This document shows, piece after piece, positions 40,291 through 53,942 of a stretch of 64,000 nucleotides of DNA (the stretch's first letter is position 1; each line of letters starts with the position of its first letter). Below the pieces are notes generated by a model. That model was given only the letters and a program-made list of their open reading frames with translations, was not told the origin of the DNA and did not search any database. The position numbers were made by a program, and so were the translations under genes. Location of the stretch: positions 2,871,528 to 2,935,527 of the forward strand of contig CAXIEN010000102.1 in NCBI GenBank assembly GCA_964023285.1. The letters are read 5' to 3'. The stretch comes from Larinioides sclopetarius. Taxonomy: Eukaryota.

Positions 40291-41919
40291 AATTTCTATA
40301 CTGTAAAATAATGATATTTTTTTAACAAATACTTCACCATCATATAGATAAATGTAAATAAACAAATGCATTTTTTTTGAAAAAGGAATGTTGTAACGAT
40401 AAAACTTTTATGATATAGAAGTATGTGGTGCAAATAAATTTAAGCCCTAGGCTAAAAACTATTAATGCATGTTACAAAGAACTTTAATTGGAAGAATTAA
40501 TGTTAAAAATATAAAAAATTACTATACACACATCTCTACAATATATTTACTTAAAGCAATTAGAGTATATTAAAAGTTACCAAAACAAAATAATCAAGAG
40601 TTTTTTTTTTTAAATATATGCGATTCAAATAAATAAAAGAAACAATCATATCTGAATGTTTAAAAATCATTTTTTAATAGTTTAACATTATTGTCCTAAG
40701 TATCTCAACTGAGTCTAGATGAATAGAATCCATTCACTTCTTGGATTCAGGTCCACGAGTGTGAATCAGTTTCCAATCTTGACTGCAAATGTTAATTACC
40801 TCTTATCTTTATAAAAATCATGTTGGTTGTTGAATTTTTTAATCAAATTAATACAATATCTTAACTTTATGTTAATGTATTAGATAAATGTTACCCAATC
40901 TATCGATTTCATTTTATTAAGATTTCGCTTATAAAATAGTTGAGAAAAGAAAAAAAAATTTAGTTCAGCATTTTGATTGTCCTCACCAAACCACTGTTAG
41001 GATTATCCCCACCACCAAAAATAAATCCATTTCAAACATGGCTGTTATTCTTGCTGCAAGAGCAAAATTTCTTCCTCTCCCCCATCCAAAACAGAAGAAC
41101 TATCATTAACTCCTTTGAGACATCAAATATGTTCATTCCAAACCACCTTATTTGGATGTTTCTTTTGTGGACCTGGATCTTCCAGGGATTGAATGAAACA
41201 TCACCGATCTTGGAAAATTTCCAGTGTAAATTGCGAGTGGTTATTTTAAAATGGAGGAATTTGTTTCCAGAGTGGCCACCCTGCTAGAAAGGAACCCATA
41301 TCCATGTCTTATTCAAATTGTACAATTTTATGATTGAACTACTTTCATTTTAACAAGCTTGAATGCAATTAGTCAGATTAGTTAACTAGTTACTATTATA
41401 CATGAAAAGACAAAACTAGCCAAAACAGAATTAAAGTTCTAGACAATTTTCAAAAATATATAATCAAAAATTATAAGGGAAACATGATATGAATAGTACT
41501 GCAGTGATCATTCTAGGAGGGGTGTATGGTACGTGCCGCCCCATTTGCTGAAAATTTTTTGCCCTTTGAACCTGCTTGAGCACACTGAAAATGCACCCCA
41601 CAAAGAAAAATCTCGCCATCTGCCAAATAAAATAATATATCTACTAACAGAAAATTATGCATGGACAATTGCAAAATAAAAAAATCTGAACGAATATATT
41701 CAATTTCAAGATTAAAAATTTTCTTTAAAAACAATATATTTTTTACAGGGTGAAAAAAAAATCTTTTTTTAAAGCATAATGCTCTTTTCTAAAAATATAG
41801 CGCCTTTTTTAGCCTTTGGCTCCCTGCCCCTTTTTAAGCCTAGAATGATCCCTGGTACTAACACAATAAAAATTAACCTCATCAGCTTCTGTACTAATTT
41901 ATTAATAATGGAATAATAT

Positions 41920-42440
41920 CAGGGTGACTACAGAATCTTTCAAATTTCCCTGGTTTATGGATCCTGATTTTATTAGCTTTCTTTGCTGTCTCCCTACTCA
42001 AAATCACTGTATATGCACAATATACTATAAAAACACTTTTACCAGTTATTTAGTATGAAAAAAAAATAAACATTCCATTTAAAAAAAAACAGAATTAAGA
42101 TTCTAAAAAAATTATTAAAACAGCATATTGAAAAAATGCTGAAAATTTTAACATTATACTTTGCAAAAGAAGTTAGATTATATTAAGAAAAAAGGTTATG
42201 ATTTCATTTCAGAACCTTTAAACAGTTTTATAACTAATAAATGCTCTTTGCATGGGTATGAGAATAACATGTTGCAGCAAAAAAAGTATAATAATAGTAT
42301 ATGTGCTTTAATAGTATATATTTTAGAATATTTTATTAGAGAAATTGCAAAAATTCCATTTACTATTCAAAAAATGTTAGACATAAGATAGAAATTTATA
42401 GATAACTCAAATTTATAATTGATGTTGTGGGAAGAAAGAA
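41920..42440. mobile_element. 5' portion of the CAGGGTGAC MITE family (right TIR missing)
   Basis: It starts cagggtgactacagaatctttcaaatttccctgg, and the internal sequence is colinear with 42981-43560. Confidence 0.45.
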
Positions 42441-42586
42441 GTAATTTAAAAACCATAAATTTTTCTAGAAAATTTCCAGTTCAATAACAAGAGGAAACAG
42501 TTCATAAAAAGATGTTTAACTTTGATAAGAAATACCAATATGAAAGATTGAAGATTAATATAAATGGAATACAAAAAGCGACTCAC

Positions 42587-42656
42587 TTTGTTAGCAACAT
42601 CCAATGCATCATAATCAGGAGCCAGTTTCACATATGCTTTCTTTTGTCCATCAGGT
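42587..42656 (-). CDS. RpL23A: ribosomal protein L23a coding exon (.. R)[23 protein letters not shown]; terminal IGII exon not located
   Basis: Acceptor ctctctcag|ACCTGATGG. The exon translates to [23 protein letters not shown] and is followed by donor gtgagt. It matches the uL23 C-terminal region [23 protein letters not shown]. Confidence 0.85.
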
Positions 42657-42980
42657 CTGAGAGAGATGAAAATTAAAAATAATTATCGATATTCAATTCA
42701 TTACTCGCATACATTTAAACTTTGGAAGAAAAAAACTGAAAAAGTTGAAATTTCTAATAAAATATACAAAATTATAGTCTTATTCAAAATGATTTTACTT
42801 GATTTTTAAAAAATAAAAGCATTAAAAAAATAAATGAACCACCAAACTATGAATAAAGCTAATTTTTGAGTTAATAATACTACTTGGACATTGTCCAAAT
42901 AATTTCTTTGCTAAAAACCTCACAATTTTAAAATATCACAGCTCTGAAATTCAGTCAATAAACTTTGATATTATAATATA

Positions 42981-43773
42981 CAGGGTGACTACAGAAACTT
43001 TGAAAAAAAATTCCCTGACTTTTCCCTGACTAAACTTGAAACATTTCCCTGATTTACGGCAACTGATTACATTAGTTTTCAGGCTTTTTTTCCTACTTTG
43101 AATCGCTATATATGCAAAATAAACTATATTAAAAACACATTAACCACTTATTTAATATGAAAGAAATTATATATTTTTATGAAATTTAATTTAAAAAATT
43201 GAGTTAACATTCTAAATTTACATTTAATTTCTATATATGTATTATTATACAATACTTTTACTGTTTATAAATGTTTTATAACTATAGTGCTCTTTGCTTA
43301 TGTACGAGAATAGCATGATATATATTGCAGCATAAATACAAAAATAGTATAATTTACATGCCTAAAAATATATATTTTTGCATAATTAATTAGAGAAACT
43401 CTCAAAACAACACTTGAAATCTCTTTATTCTTTAATAAATCATAAGAAATCGATTACTCCAATGAAAACCTAATGATTTTACAAATGAATGCAAGTTTTT
43501 TTTCTTACGATTTATTATGAGAAATAATTTTAGACATAAGATCGTAATTTATGGATAATAACTCCAGTAATAAATAATTAATGTTTTCCTATTATACTTA
43601 AAATGAATCACTTATCAAGAACTTGCAGGGCACAAAATGCTCTTATCGGCAGTTTTCCCTGAGTTTGGCACATTTTTATGAATTTTCCTGACTTTTCCCT
43701 GATTTTTCCAGATCCATAAAATTCCCTGACTTTTCCCTGAAATCCCTGATTTCCCGGTTCTGTCGTCACCCTG
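42981..43773. mobile_element. full-length MITE, TIR CAGGGTGAC(T/G)ACAGAA, 5-6-bp TSD (A)ATATA; lies in an RpL23A intron
   Basis: Left end cagggtgactacagaaac. Right end gttctgtcgtcaccctg. Both flanks read aatata. Subterminal ttccctga(c/t)ttt repeats occur at both ends. No ORF. Confidence 0.7.
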
Positions 43774-44409
43774 AATATATATTTGCTCATTATTTATGTA
43801 ATTTAATATGTGCAGTTAGTCTCATTTTAAAACAGAAGTAATGCCAATAATCAGTAGATATAAAAATATGATGCATGAAAAATAATTTTCACAAGTTTCT
43901 ATAAAAAACAAATATCCTCATATATAGTTACCCTCATCGCTGACTGACTCTAACACTTGTCATGCGATTCAAAAAGGCAAAATTCTGTAATCGTTTGGTT
44001 TTAAAATCTGTCACGTGATACTTAAAAGTGTGAAATAAACTATTTTCAAAAATCAAATATCATGTGATCATAGAGCAATTTTAAGATTTGCTAAATAAAT
44101 AATTTGTAGAAAATTGACTGAAATTACTCAACTCTTGGAGATTCACATATATAAATTCAATTCTGAAAAACTTATACCTCCAACAATTAGAAAGAAACTG
44201 GCAAGAAATAATAAAAATTAATTGAATTAAACATATTGAATTGCTGCGAACTGGAAAACGTTTAGGTGAAATAATTTTGTATTAGATTGTAAATTTGTTA
44301 CAATCAGTTCTGAGAAAAGGTTTTCAGGTTAAAAGACGGTTTTAAACTGGCACAAAATTTCTAGTTAACTACATATTCTTCAACAGAATAGAATTGTGAC
44401 AAAAAAAAA

Positions 44410-44815
44410 TTAGTTGGAACAGCTGGGATATACGGCACCCACGACGATTTGGCGACGTTTCAATGTAAACAAACATGGCGGCTGGCGAGTTATAATCGTT
44501 ATTCAAGATGGCGGTTATGTATAGTTTCTTATGAAGAAAAGTTCTTGAAGTAAACATTATGTTCTACGCGTTCCGGGCAATTTTTTTTACTTAAAAAAAC
44601 ATCGGCGGCTTCGCTTTCGGCGAAGCAGCTCCCTAGTAGCTTCGCTTTTACATTAACTGTTAGGCAACTAGTTTTTTATTGCCCAGAAATGGAAAGCTCA
44701 ATCTAAAGATCTTCAAAATGGCGGCGCGCGATAGACGCAAACGCGAAAAGTCGCCACTCAAACCAAATCTCGCCAAGTCGCCTTGGGTGCCGTATATCCC
44801 AGCTGTACCAATTAG
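44410..44815. mobile_element. about 405-bp MITE with about 40-bp TIRs, inserted 4 nt from the RpL23A exon 5' splice site
   Basis: Left end ttagttggaacagctgggatatacggcacccacgacgatttggcgac. The right end cccagctgtaccaattag is the reverse complement of ctaattggtacagctgggatatacggcaccc. No ORF. Confidence 0.65.
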
Positions 44816-44819
44816 TTAC

Positions 44820-44996
44820 CTGATCAAAGTGTTGACTTTTTGTACATCAATATTATACAACTTCTTTACAGCATTTCTAATTTGAGGTTTGTTTGCCCTC
44901 TTGTGAACAATGAACACTAATGTATTATTGTCCTCAATCTTTTTCATAGCAGACTCAGTAGTAAGGGGGTGTTTAATTGTAGACCATTGATCAAAT
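44820..44996 (-). CDS. RpL23A: ribosomal protein L23a coding exon (..[59 protein letters not shown](R))
   Basis: Acceptor tttgcag|ATTTGATCAATGG. Donor AG|gtaact. Splice phases match the neighbouring exons. It matches the uL23 core [44 protein letters not shown]. Confidence 0.9.
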
Positions 44997-46127
44997 CTGC
45001 AAATATAAATATACATAACAATTTATATTTTATATCCATTTGCAATGCCGACACCAATAAAAGAATGCTGTATTAAAAGAATGAATTTAAACTTAAATTA
45101 CTAAAACTAAGATCAACTGAACATACAAGAATAAAAAAAATAGCCCATTTCTTTGAATCAACAAAAATGTTGAACAATGTTCAATTAATTTCACATTAAT
45201 ATACTATCTGGGCATAACATTACAAAAAAAATGAAAAGTACGTAAAATAGAAAAAAATCGTTAATTATTTTTTCTATCAGGTGAATCAATCAATGAAAAC
45301 TAGAAATACAAAGACAAAACGGAAGAAAATCATGCCTGAACATACTTTTAATTGGAAGTTAACAGCAATCAAATTGCTTAATAAAAACTTTATATTTGAT
45401 ACTGAATAAAATAAGAAGTTCTGTCTATTATGGGATTTAGAAATAAAAAATGTGCAATATTTTGATGATATTCTTAAATATGTCACTTGATCTAATTTAT
45501 CAATACTTGTGAATCTTTAGTAGATTAATACTCTCAGTAATAACCTCTTTATTAAGGGCATCTATTCTTGATCATTTCAAAATGCCAACATTAATAGATC
45601 AGAATGACTTTACTCCAAAAGAAAGGTGACAGGTAACAAGTATAAGCATTATTTTAAGAATTCTTTATTGGGTCACACTACATGTAAACATACCCTACTC
45701 AACTCTCCATCTCACCAGACCAAGATGATATAAAAAACTGTCTACAAACTCAATTTCCGCACACACAAAAAAAAGTGTGCCTACCGAGTCCTATATTGCC
45801 ACCAATAGCAAAAGTGTTAAGTTATATGCGAGTGGAACGCCTGCATGCATGTATAACAGAAGCTATTGCTACCAATAAACAAAATCAAAACATGTTACAG
45901 AAAGAAAAATAAACTAAGATTTAAAATCTTACTTTAAAAATTCTGAAGTGATTTAAATTTAATAATGAAGAAACCTGTAAAAATATAACAGCCTACACAC
46001 TTTGAAATTTTTTACAAATGGCATTCGCCTACATTATATAGGTATATACCTCACTTCTGTTATAATGAAAAATTCCACCTGACACATGTACATAAATAGA
46101 GGATTTTAGAATCCAAGAATCATTAAT

Positions 46128-46381
46128 CAGGGTTCCCACTGTTATCAAAGAAAAAAATTTCAAGGACTTAATTTAAGAATCTTTTATGGGAAAATTCAAT
46201 GACTATAAAATTACACATTGCATGCTTACACATAAACTGAATTTTTCACTTGAAAAAATTTAAAATGTGTATTGTACAACTCTTTATGTTCATAAGTGTG
46301 AGGAGACAGATTATTGGCAGTAGCTTAAGAATTGAAGGACCTAATTTCATCAAAGGACTTTTAAGGATTGTGGGAACCTTG
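46128..46381. mobile_element. 254-bp MITE, TIR CAGGGTTCCCAC, 5-bp TSD TTAAT; in an RpL23A intron
   Basis: Left end cagggttcccactg at 46128. Right end gtgggaaccttg ends at 46381. ttaat lies on both flanks. The termini match those of the 10941-13494 element. Confidence 0.75.
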
Positions 46382-46945
46382 TTAATATGTTCTAGGTAGA
46401 GCTGTAATCTAATGTACTTCTGCTTCCTAAGACTATGTTTCACTAAGAAATACACTACCCCAAATGTTGATGCCAATTCATTTTAAATTGACAATGACAT
46501 ATTACAAAGAGCAATCTGATAATATTGGATGAAAAATGCCAACATGTAACAAAATGTAAAATTCTTACCATAAACGTTAATTTTTAATCCTATATGAAAT
46601 GGATATCCTAATGGAAATAGATAATATAATGGATATGGAGCAGGCAAATGACGAATCAATAAGCAAAAATAGACTTATTCTGTTTAAGAATCTCCAAGGA
46701 AATTTAGGGCATTCAAAAAATAATTGTGAATGAAATTTAGAGCACCATACATTAAGTTGTCAGATTAAAGGAACGAAAATCACAAAACTACACAAGTGCT
46801 TTTTTTTTATAAAAAATCTTATCTCACCAACTCAAAAGTCACTTATTTTGTTACTAATTGGTAACTTTTTAAATTATTAATTAGTATCAAATTAATACCA
46901 ACACATGACAAACAATCACATTATTTAATACTCCATAAAACTTGC

Positions 46946-47264
46946 CTAGGTCTCCTTGGGCAACTCTTCCTGGGATACTTGGGATTCCTCATCAATGTAA
47001 GGGTTCTTGGTCGTCTAAATTGGACAGTAGTTCTAATTTTCCTAACTCTGGTTCCATGGGCTCCTTTAACTACTTTCTTCTTAGCTGCTAGAGCTTTTGC
47101 TTTAGCCTGGGCAGCACCTAACTTGCCTTTTCCCTTAGGGGCTACCTTTTCACCTTTACCTGCTGGCGCTGCAGCAGCTTTAGAAGCAGGAGGGACATTT
47201 TCTTTTTTTGTCTCCTTGGGTTTCTCTGTTTTTGCTGGCTTAGCAGCAGTGGCTGCTGCTTTTG
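46946..47264 (-). CDS. RpL23A: ribosomal protein L23a coding exon (N-terminal A/K/P-rich extension through ..[31 protein letters not shown]); initiator exon not located
   Basis: Acceptor tcttcag|CAAAAGCAGCAGCC. Translation: (A)[57 protein letters not shown], matching the uL23 region [37 protein letters not shown]. The exon ends AG|GCAAGT, an apparent GC-AG donor. The phase joins correctly to the next exon. Confidence 0.85.
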
Positions 47265-49825
47265 CTGAAGACAAGATATATAAAATTAGAATTGTTTCCT
47301 ATAATCACATCACAAATATTAAAACAATTATCTGGTTCTTCAAAAGCTGATTTTCTTCAATAAAATAAATTTTACATTTAAAAACTTAAAATAACCACAT
47401 TTTCAAGTTAATTCCTACATCTTAACAGTGGAATGGCTATCATTATATAAATACTAGTTGACAAAGTAACTTACTACATCTGAAAAAGTTCAAGATTTTT
47501 CTATATTTATATTAACAGTAATGACTATTTAAAAAAATGCTATAGGCACTGGTGACAAGAATATTGTATACTAAATTTGTGAATATTTATGAATCCAAGA
47601 GTTTACATTTAATTCAATATAATCTTCATCTTATAAAATTTGTATACATGGTGCAAATAGCCCCTTTGTTTTTCCCTGTTGACAAGGTTTGTTTTCATTT
47701 ACAAATCCCAACCCAGACGTGGATCTTTCCGCTAATCGGTTGGGCAAATCATGCGTTGCGAGAAATCTTCTTTTCATGAATTATTGATTTAAATAAGTTA
47801 GTGAAGATTAGAATACATCTCAATAGAAAAAAAACTGGCATTTGGTCGATTATAAATCCATATCGTCCTCAAATCACAGTGCATTCATTTTAGCGAGCAG
47901 GGTTAACATAGCAAACATGAGAGTTGCGTCGAATTTTCCTGGGGGTTGGCGAACTTAAGCGAGCAAGAGAAGGAGCCTCCGTTTTATAAATTTTAAGATT
48001 GATCAATGATGCAAAGAGAACATTTATAAAATAAAATTATACTTTACAGTTATTTTATGCAATCACCTAATTTAGATGGTAAGCATATTAAGAAATATTT
48101 GTTCTCCTTAAATGCGAAATTTATAGGCAAGAAAATAGCTCATCAATTTTTCGGTTTTCTGGAAATTTTATTTTGTCCTATGACATTTACTAATTATAAA
48201 AAGAAAATTTAAAGGTGATTTTTCTAACTAAAAATTTCACAGATAAATATGTTTAATGAGAACGCATATTTCTCAATAGGTATACCGTTTAAATTATATT
48301 AAATATTCAAGAATGTAATGATCTGTCTCCTATCCTATATAATTTTTGAATGATAAAAACCGAAATATGCGAACGGCAATAAAAATAATTCACAGATCCA
48401 GAAATTCCGGCTTTGAAAAAGGTTCAACTACGGATCACAACCACTCGTTATAGGAACATGCTACCGATTATAATTTTCTTAGTCTCTGTTGATATAAATT
48501 AATCATATCTTCACAAAATTGGCTTCTATGAACACACTACGAACTAAAGCAATCATTAAGTAAATATGGAAGTTAATAATCCGAATTATTATCTTTAAAA
48601 AGAAAATCTGAAATGTAGATTAATTAAGAGTTGTATTTAGGCATAAGTAGAAAGATATAACGATGTCAATCGGTATTTTCAGTTTTTCTTTTATTAATAA
48701 ATTAGAATAAAAATAATGTAAATTAAAATAGAATCAAAAGACGAATTCAAGATTAAATGAATCTGCAAATTGGCATACGTAACCACAAGCGACAGGATTT
48801 AGGCTTAAGAACGATGATAAAGCCTCGATTAATCTCTTTACATAAGTACTTATAAACTGCATATTGATATCCAAATAAAGTCGATGGTAATTACACAATA
48901 AGAAAACTCGCATATAAATTAATATATCTAATAACACAATTCGACATGAATATAACCACGAGGTGGGATATCCGAACAGCCATGTTAAAAAAAAATAATA
49001 CAACATATATAAAATATTAAAGAACTTATAAGCAAAAATATTACATAAAAATCAATTCAAACTAATATTAAAATAAAATTACGTTTTTCTGATGCTCCTT
49101 TCTTTGATTTCGGACCCATTTTTATTCAATATAACTCTTACACCGCGTTAGAAACACGTTTTCAATTTTTCCAAATCCAGAGTCAGTCACAGAGAAACAG
49201 TTGTGTTGCCAATCTCCTACTGACGAATAAAATAAATTATTTGATAATTTATTTTCATGCCTTTCCAAAAAATTTCATGATGATTTAACAAATAGATGTA
49301 ATAGCTTAGTTCTCTATACTCTATTTACGTTAAAATAATTTTTTTTAATAAATTTGGATTTAAAATTGTAAATGATTAATGTGCAGTTACAGACCTGCAG
49401 CACTATAGTGTTAGCTATCATTACAATAAAGAAGTTACAAGATTTTTTTTATTTTTTAATCGATTCTGCATGCTAAAATTAGCCTCTATACAAAATTTGA
49501 GGCTGAACGAGATTTTTTTTTCATTTACAAAAAAAATATTAAAAATTGTCTTTTTCGAAGAGTGCGAAGACGAGTAGATTGGACCTTGGTGGAAGTGGGT
49601 GCCTTCGAGGTAAAAGCTGACAGCGTGCAGCCAATGATATTTCGAAATTGTTCATCAGCTGCGGAGATTGACCAATGGCTGACGCCAAAAAATCACGTGT
49701 CAGCGTATTTGACATCACATGCATAAGGTCCATTCAAAGTGTGACGTCGCACCACATGAACTCCGCTTGCGGGTGATAGCGCTAGCAATGAAAAGCTTGC
49801 GGTGTTAAAACTATCGTATTCTTTC

Positions 49826-50987
49826 CAGGGCCGTACCGAGTTGACCCTGCGCCCTTGGCGGATCTGCAAAGCTGCGCCCCACCGTAACTTTACACATTTT
49901 CATTATTTTTTTTCATCATTTCTATTAAAAACCTATCCAGAAAAGCTACATCCTTTAAAATGTTTTTATATTCATATTTCTCTGATTTGTTAAATGTGCA
50001 TATTTTGTGAATTATTAAATAGGTTTAATACCACATTTTCTAAAAGACAAAAATCGAACAAACTTTATATATCTTATTGCAGCTATTGAACATTGACTTT
50101 TCTGTAATACTTAATAAAGAAAATAATTTATTTTCTATGCATTCTGTATAGTGTATAGCTCATACATTAGTAATTATAAAAAAAGAGAGATTAGAGCTGA
50201 AATTAAGAATTGGGTACATATGAGATGAAAATTCAAGTTTTATAAATATCAAATAATTTTTTTTATATCACAGTTTCTTTGCCTGTGGTACAAGTTGTGA
50301 ATATTCAAAATTAATATTTTTGATGGCGGAAAACATAAGAATATTCAAAAATTTCGTTTCATCAAGTTTGTTTAAAAATAAGTTCTAAAGCTTATTTACG
50401 GAATAAGAAATAGGAGACAGTGGATTGATATCTATTAATTGAGTAATTGTTAGCTTTCGTCAAATATTAATAACAAATTATTGAAAAGCTGTTTTCACGT
50501 TGAACAATTACTGCTCCCGTATTAAAACATTTACGTATTAATTGAAAGGAGCTGAACATCCGCATAAGACGAAACTAACAAACAAAAATTAAATGGGAAA
50601 TTATAAAATATCTGAACGTCTTATTACAAACTAAATGAAAAAAGATAAGGATTTTAAAAACTAAAAAAATACTGAAGTAGAAACTAAATTTACAAAAACA
50701 ATTTCAAGAAAATATCATTTAAAAAAATATTACTATCAGACTTTTCTACAATAAATAGTGTCTTTTCTGAAGATAATATATCATTATAAAAAGATAAGTA
50801 TCAGAATTTTCTAAATAATAAGTTTTGTAATGTAATAAAAGTTCGGATTTTTAGGTAGATTCCTTATAGGAAAAATCTACCAATTGCAATGGTTCTCATG
50901 ACGCGACTTCCGGAAAATTTTTGCATATCTTCACCGATCATGACTCCTAGAACCCCAAACCACCCTCCGTTAAAAAGTTTATATGTA

Positions 50988-51060
<73 letters not shown>

Positions 51061-53942
51061 CGCTGTTTTCTATGTTATTCCTGTGAACACGATAACTGAA
51101 GAAATTTTCATTTAAATTTAACTAAATTTGGAGATGAGGTAGAACTAGTAAAAATCTCGGTCAAGTTCGTAGATGGGCTATCCAGTTCAAAGGGGGTGGG
51201 AATGGCGGGGGGTGAAAGTTTTAATTTTCCCATAATTCCTTTACAATTGAAAATATAAAGAAAATTCCAATTAGGCGAATTAGCGTCTTATCATTACAAG
51301 CAACTTTTGTGTTTAATCTTTTTGATAGCTGCAATTGTTATGCGCTAAAAAGTGATTTTTTCCCTCCCTTCCCACCTCTCTCCCATAGTTTAAATTGCCT
51401 TTCAACATATACATGTTACCCCTCGTTGGAAAGCTCTTGTCATTTGCAGTCTTTTCTACCCATTTTCATTCTAGCAGCTCTAATCAGTAAGATATTAGAG
51501 AGGGAAATTTTCATTTTCTTATATTGACATGCTTAAAACGTTGCTCCTGTTATCTTGAGAACACGATAGTTTGAGTTACTTTGAATAGATTGCAGACTGT
51601 GTGTGTGCAAGCAATATGTTGCAAGGATAGTAAAAATCTCTGTCGAGTTCATACATAGTCTTTTCAGTTTAAATGGAATGAAAATAGGAGAATAGGTGTG
51701 TGTAAAAGTTCTCATTTTTTCATAATTTCTTTACAGCTAAAAATAGAAAGAAAATTCAAACCATGCGAATTAGCGTCTTATCATAACTACCACTTTTCCT
51801 TTAAAAATTTCTCAACAGTTGCAATTGTTTAGAAGTAATGAGCTGTGTATTGTAGTTTCCTTCCCAAATTAAAATTAAATTTCAACCTATAAATGTAGCA
51901 CCTTGTTTTAAAGTTCTTTTTATTTGTAGTCTCTAACATCTTTTTAAATTCTTGTAGTCCCAATAATGATGAAGTTATATTCCTTTCCTAATATCTTCAA
52001 TTGTATGGAATCTACCTTTGCCTTCCGGCCCTTCCGACTGGAATTTTTTTTTAGTAAAGATGACAAAAAGAAAGAAACTAATTATTAATAGAAAAAGAAA
52101 TATAAGAATACATTTTGTCAATTATTGTATTAAATTGAAGGGAGGAAAATATTATAAGCATCTGTAAACTTCTGCACGCTGGAATCCTGTGATCAAATAT
52201 GCAATAATATAAAAATAAGGAAATTAGTGATAATGTGATTAAATAAGGAAATTAATTTATTGCAAAATTGAAAAGTATTGTTTCCTGTCATACATTTTTT
52301 AATTTCTTTGAATTAAAGAGATGAAATGTACAGTTATTAAATTCGTAACATTAAAAAAATGATTTAAATTTTAAAATGAGGCAAAAGTCATTTTTAGATA
52401 GAATATTACCTAATTTCTTATTAACGAAGTTTCAATTATCTTTTGAGCTAAGCAAAATTGATAGTTGTTATACAATTGTTTTGAAGAGAATATGCTTCAA
52501 GTTTATACATTTTCGGATAAAAATGTTTTTTAAAAGGTTTAGAATATTTATCTTTTTGTATATATTATTGTAAATTAAAATTTTACTGTTCAATAGGTAA
52601 CAATTATGAGGACAAATAAAATCAAAATCCTAAATTTGGGTCAAAATAGTTTAATTTTTTATGCGATAAGCTCTTACACGGAATATTATAATGTTAATTT
52701 ATATTTTTGTTGTATAATAATGCTTTTTAATAGATTTGCCTTTTAGCTTTGATCTAAAATTCATTTTCTCACTTAGGACAAATAAATTTCAATAGAAACT
52801 ATACCATCTGCTTATTTGTAATAATTAGGTAAAATATTCAAGTGAAAGTAAGATAAACAAAGCGCAATAAATAAAATTTAGATCTGAAATATGCATGTAC
52901 AAAAATAAAAAATAGTTTTTATTGAATTTATAATGATCTTAAATAACCATTTTCCCTAACACTTTTTTTTGCAATGGAATGCAAAAATTAAAGTCAATTT
53001 TATTAGATGCGCGCAAAACCTATTGCCTTCAAATTTAGGTTAAAGTAGCTTACACAAAATTTTAAAAGTTGATGTTTTTAAAATTGATATGCAGAAAAAA
53101 TAAAAAAATGTTAAAATACGCGAATTAGTTTGCAGTAGAAGGTGGCTAGTATTTAATACTTTAAAAGCAATTTAAAAATATAGAAATAATGTGAGCTCAC
53201 CTCTTAAAAACTAATTTATCTCCCTATAAAAGAATTAAAATGGTCAAGTCTTTTTAATGCGCCCTCTCTGTCCGGTGAAACAAAAATATAAATAGAACAT
53301 TTCCTTCCTAGTAACTTGTCACTAAAGAACCGTCAAAAAGAACAGTTCGTCCAATAAAGAAGAGGCTCCTTTATTCTTCCTACTATATAGTCAACAAGAA
53401 AAAGTAAGAGCCGCCCCCCTACTCTGCAACACAAAATTCTAAGAAACAGAGTGTATCCTATATTCCTTTGAGTTTTTAAAGTGAAATAAACGCAGTTTTT
53501 GCCCTCCCTTCTTTCCATGTCAGGCAAGTTCCTTTAGCATCTATTTTTTACCGAAAAATGAGATGCAAAAAGCATGTTTTGTCATCTCTAGCCACAGAGT
53601 CAAAGTTAAAGACTGATACTTTTGCTGGAGGGGGCCCTTTTTCCTGCGGCAGAAGGAGATCTATTTGTAACAAAAAGCTTTGCTGCATTTCGTCCCAAGA
53701 AAAAGTCATCTTTCCCTGTCTCTGTAAAGGGGTCACAGCCAAACAAGCTAGAAACTTGACCACTGGACGAAACAAACAACTAGACAATCCCGTAATGCTT
53801 AAGGATCCAACGATGACTTATTCTCAAAACTTTGATGGTACCAATTAAACACTTCTAACTTTTTTAAACGGTCATTTTTGCGCCCTCTTCCTGCCACGCC
53901 ATTGGCGGGGGCCAATCTCGCCACCCCCTCGGTACGGCTCTG
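49826..53942. mobile_element. 4.1-kb non-autonomous hAT-like element, TIR CAGGGCCGTACCGAG, 8-bp TSD ATTCTTTC
   Basis: cagggccgtaccgag at 49826, and ctcggtacggctctg ending at 53942. attctttc is perfectly duplicated at 49818-49825 and 53943-53950. Inside are a (TA)n tract, a tandem duplication of about 480 bp (51080-51330 versus 51560-51800) and a copy of the 17860-18100 repeat. No convincing ORF. Confidence 0.7.
50993..51058. repeat. (TA)n microsatellite
   Basis: About 33 TA units. Confidence 0.95.

Noticed and set aside
42520-42560. Minus-strand ATTGGTATTTCT.. as a candidate IGII terminal exon of RpL23A
   Set aside because: It would encode IGISYQS, not the conserved IGII-stop. No AG acceptor precedes it. 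It lies inside the intron read-through.
42446-42631. 61-aa minus-strand ORF ([19 protein letters not shown]..)
   Set aside because: Only the first part (..[12 protein letters not shown]) is genuine RpL23A exon, and that part is already annotated. The rest is intron read-through past a gtgagt donor.
42657-46945. Intronic snoRNAs, expected because RpL23A introns host C/D box snoRNAs in other animals
   Set aside because: A scan of minus-strand intron sequence for a C box (TGATGA), then a D box (CTGA), then a terminal stem found no convincing candidate. This cannot be excluded without a dedicated snoRNA search.
46979-47350. 123-aa plus-strand ORF ([16 protein letters not shown]..)
   Set aside because: It is antisense to the RpL23A coding exon. 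Its A/G/P-rich translation is a mirror artefact of the K/A-rich L23a N-terminus.
53548-53848. Overlapping ORFs of 79 and 96 aa on both strands near the right end of the hAT-like element
   Set aside because: No homology. They overlap each other on opposite strands within TE terminal sequence, so they are probably chance ORFs.
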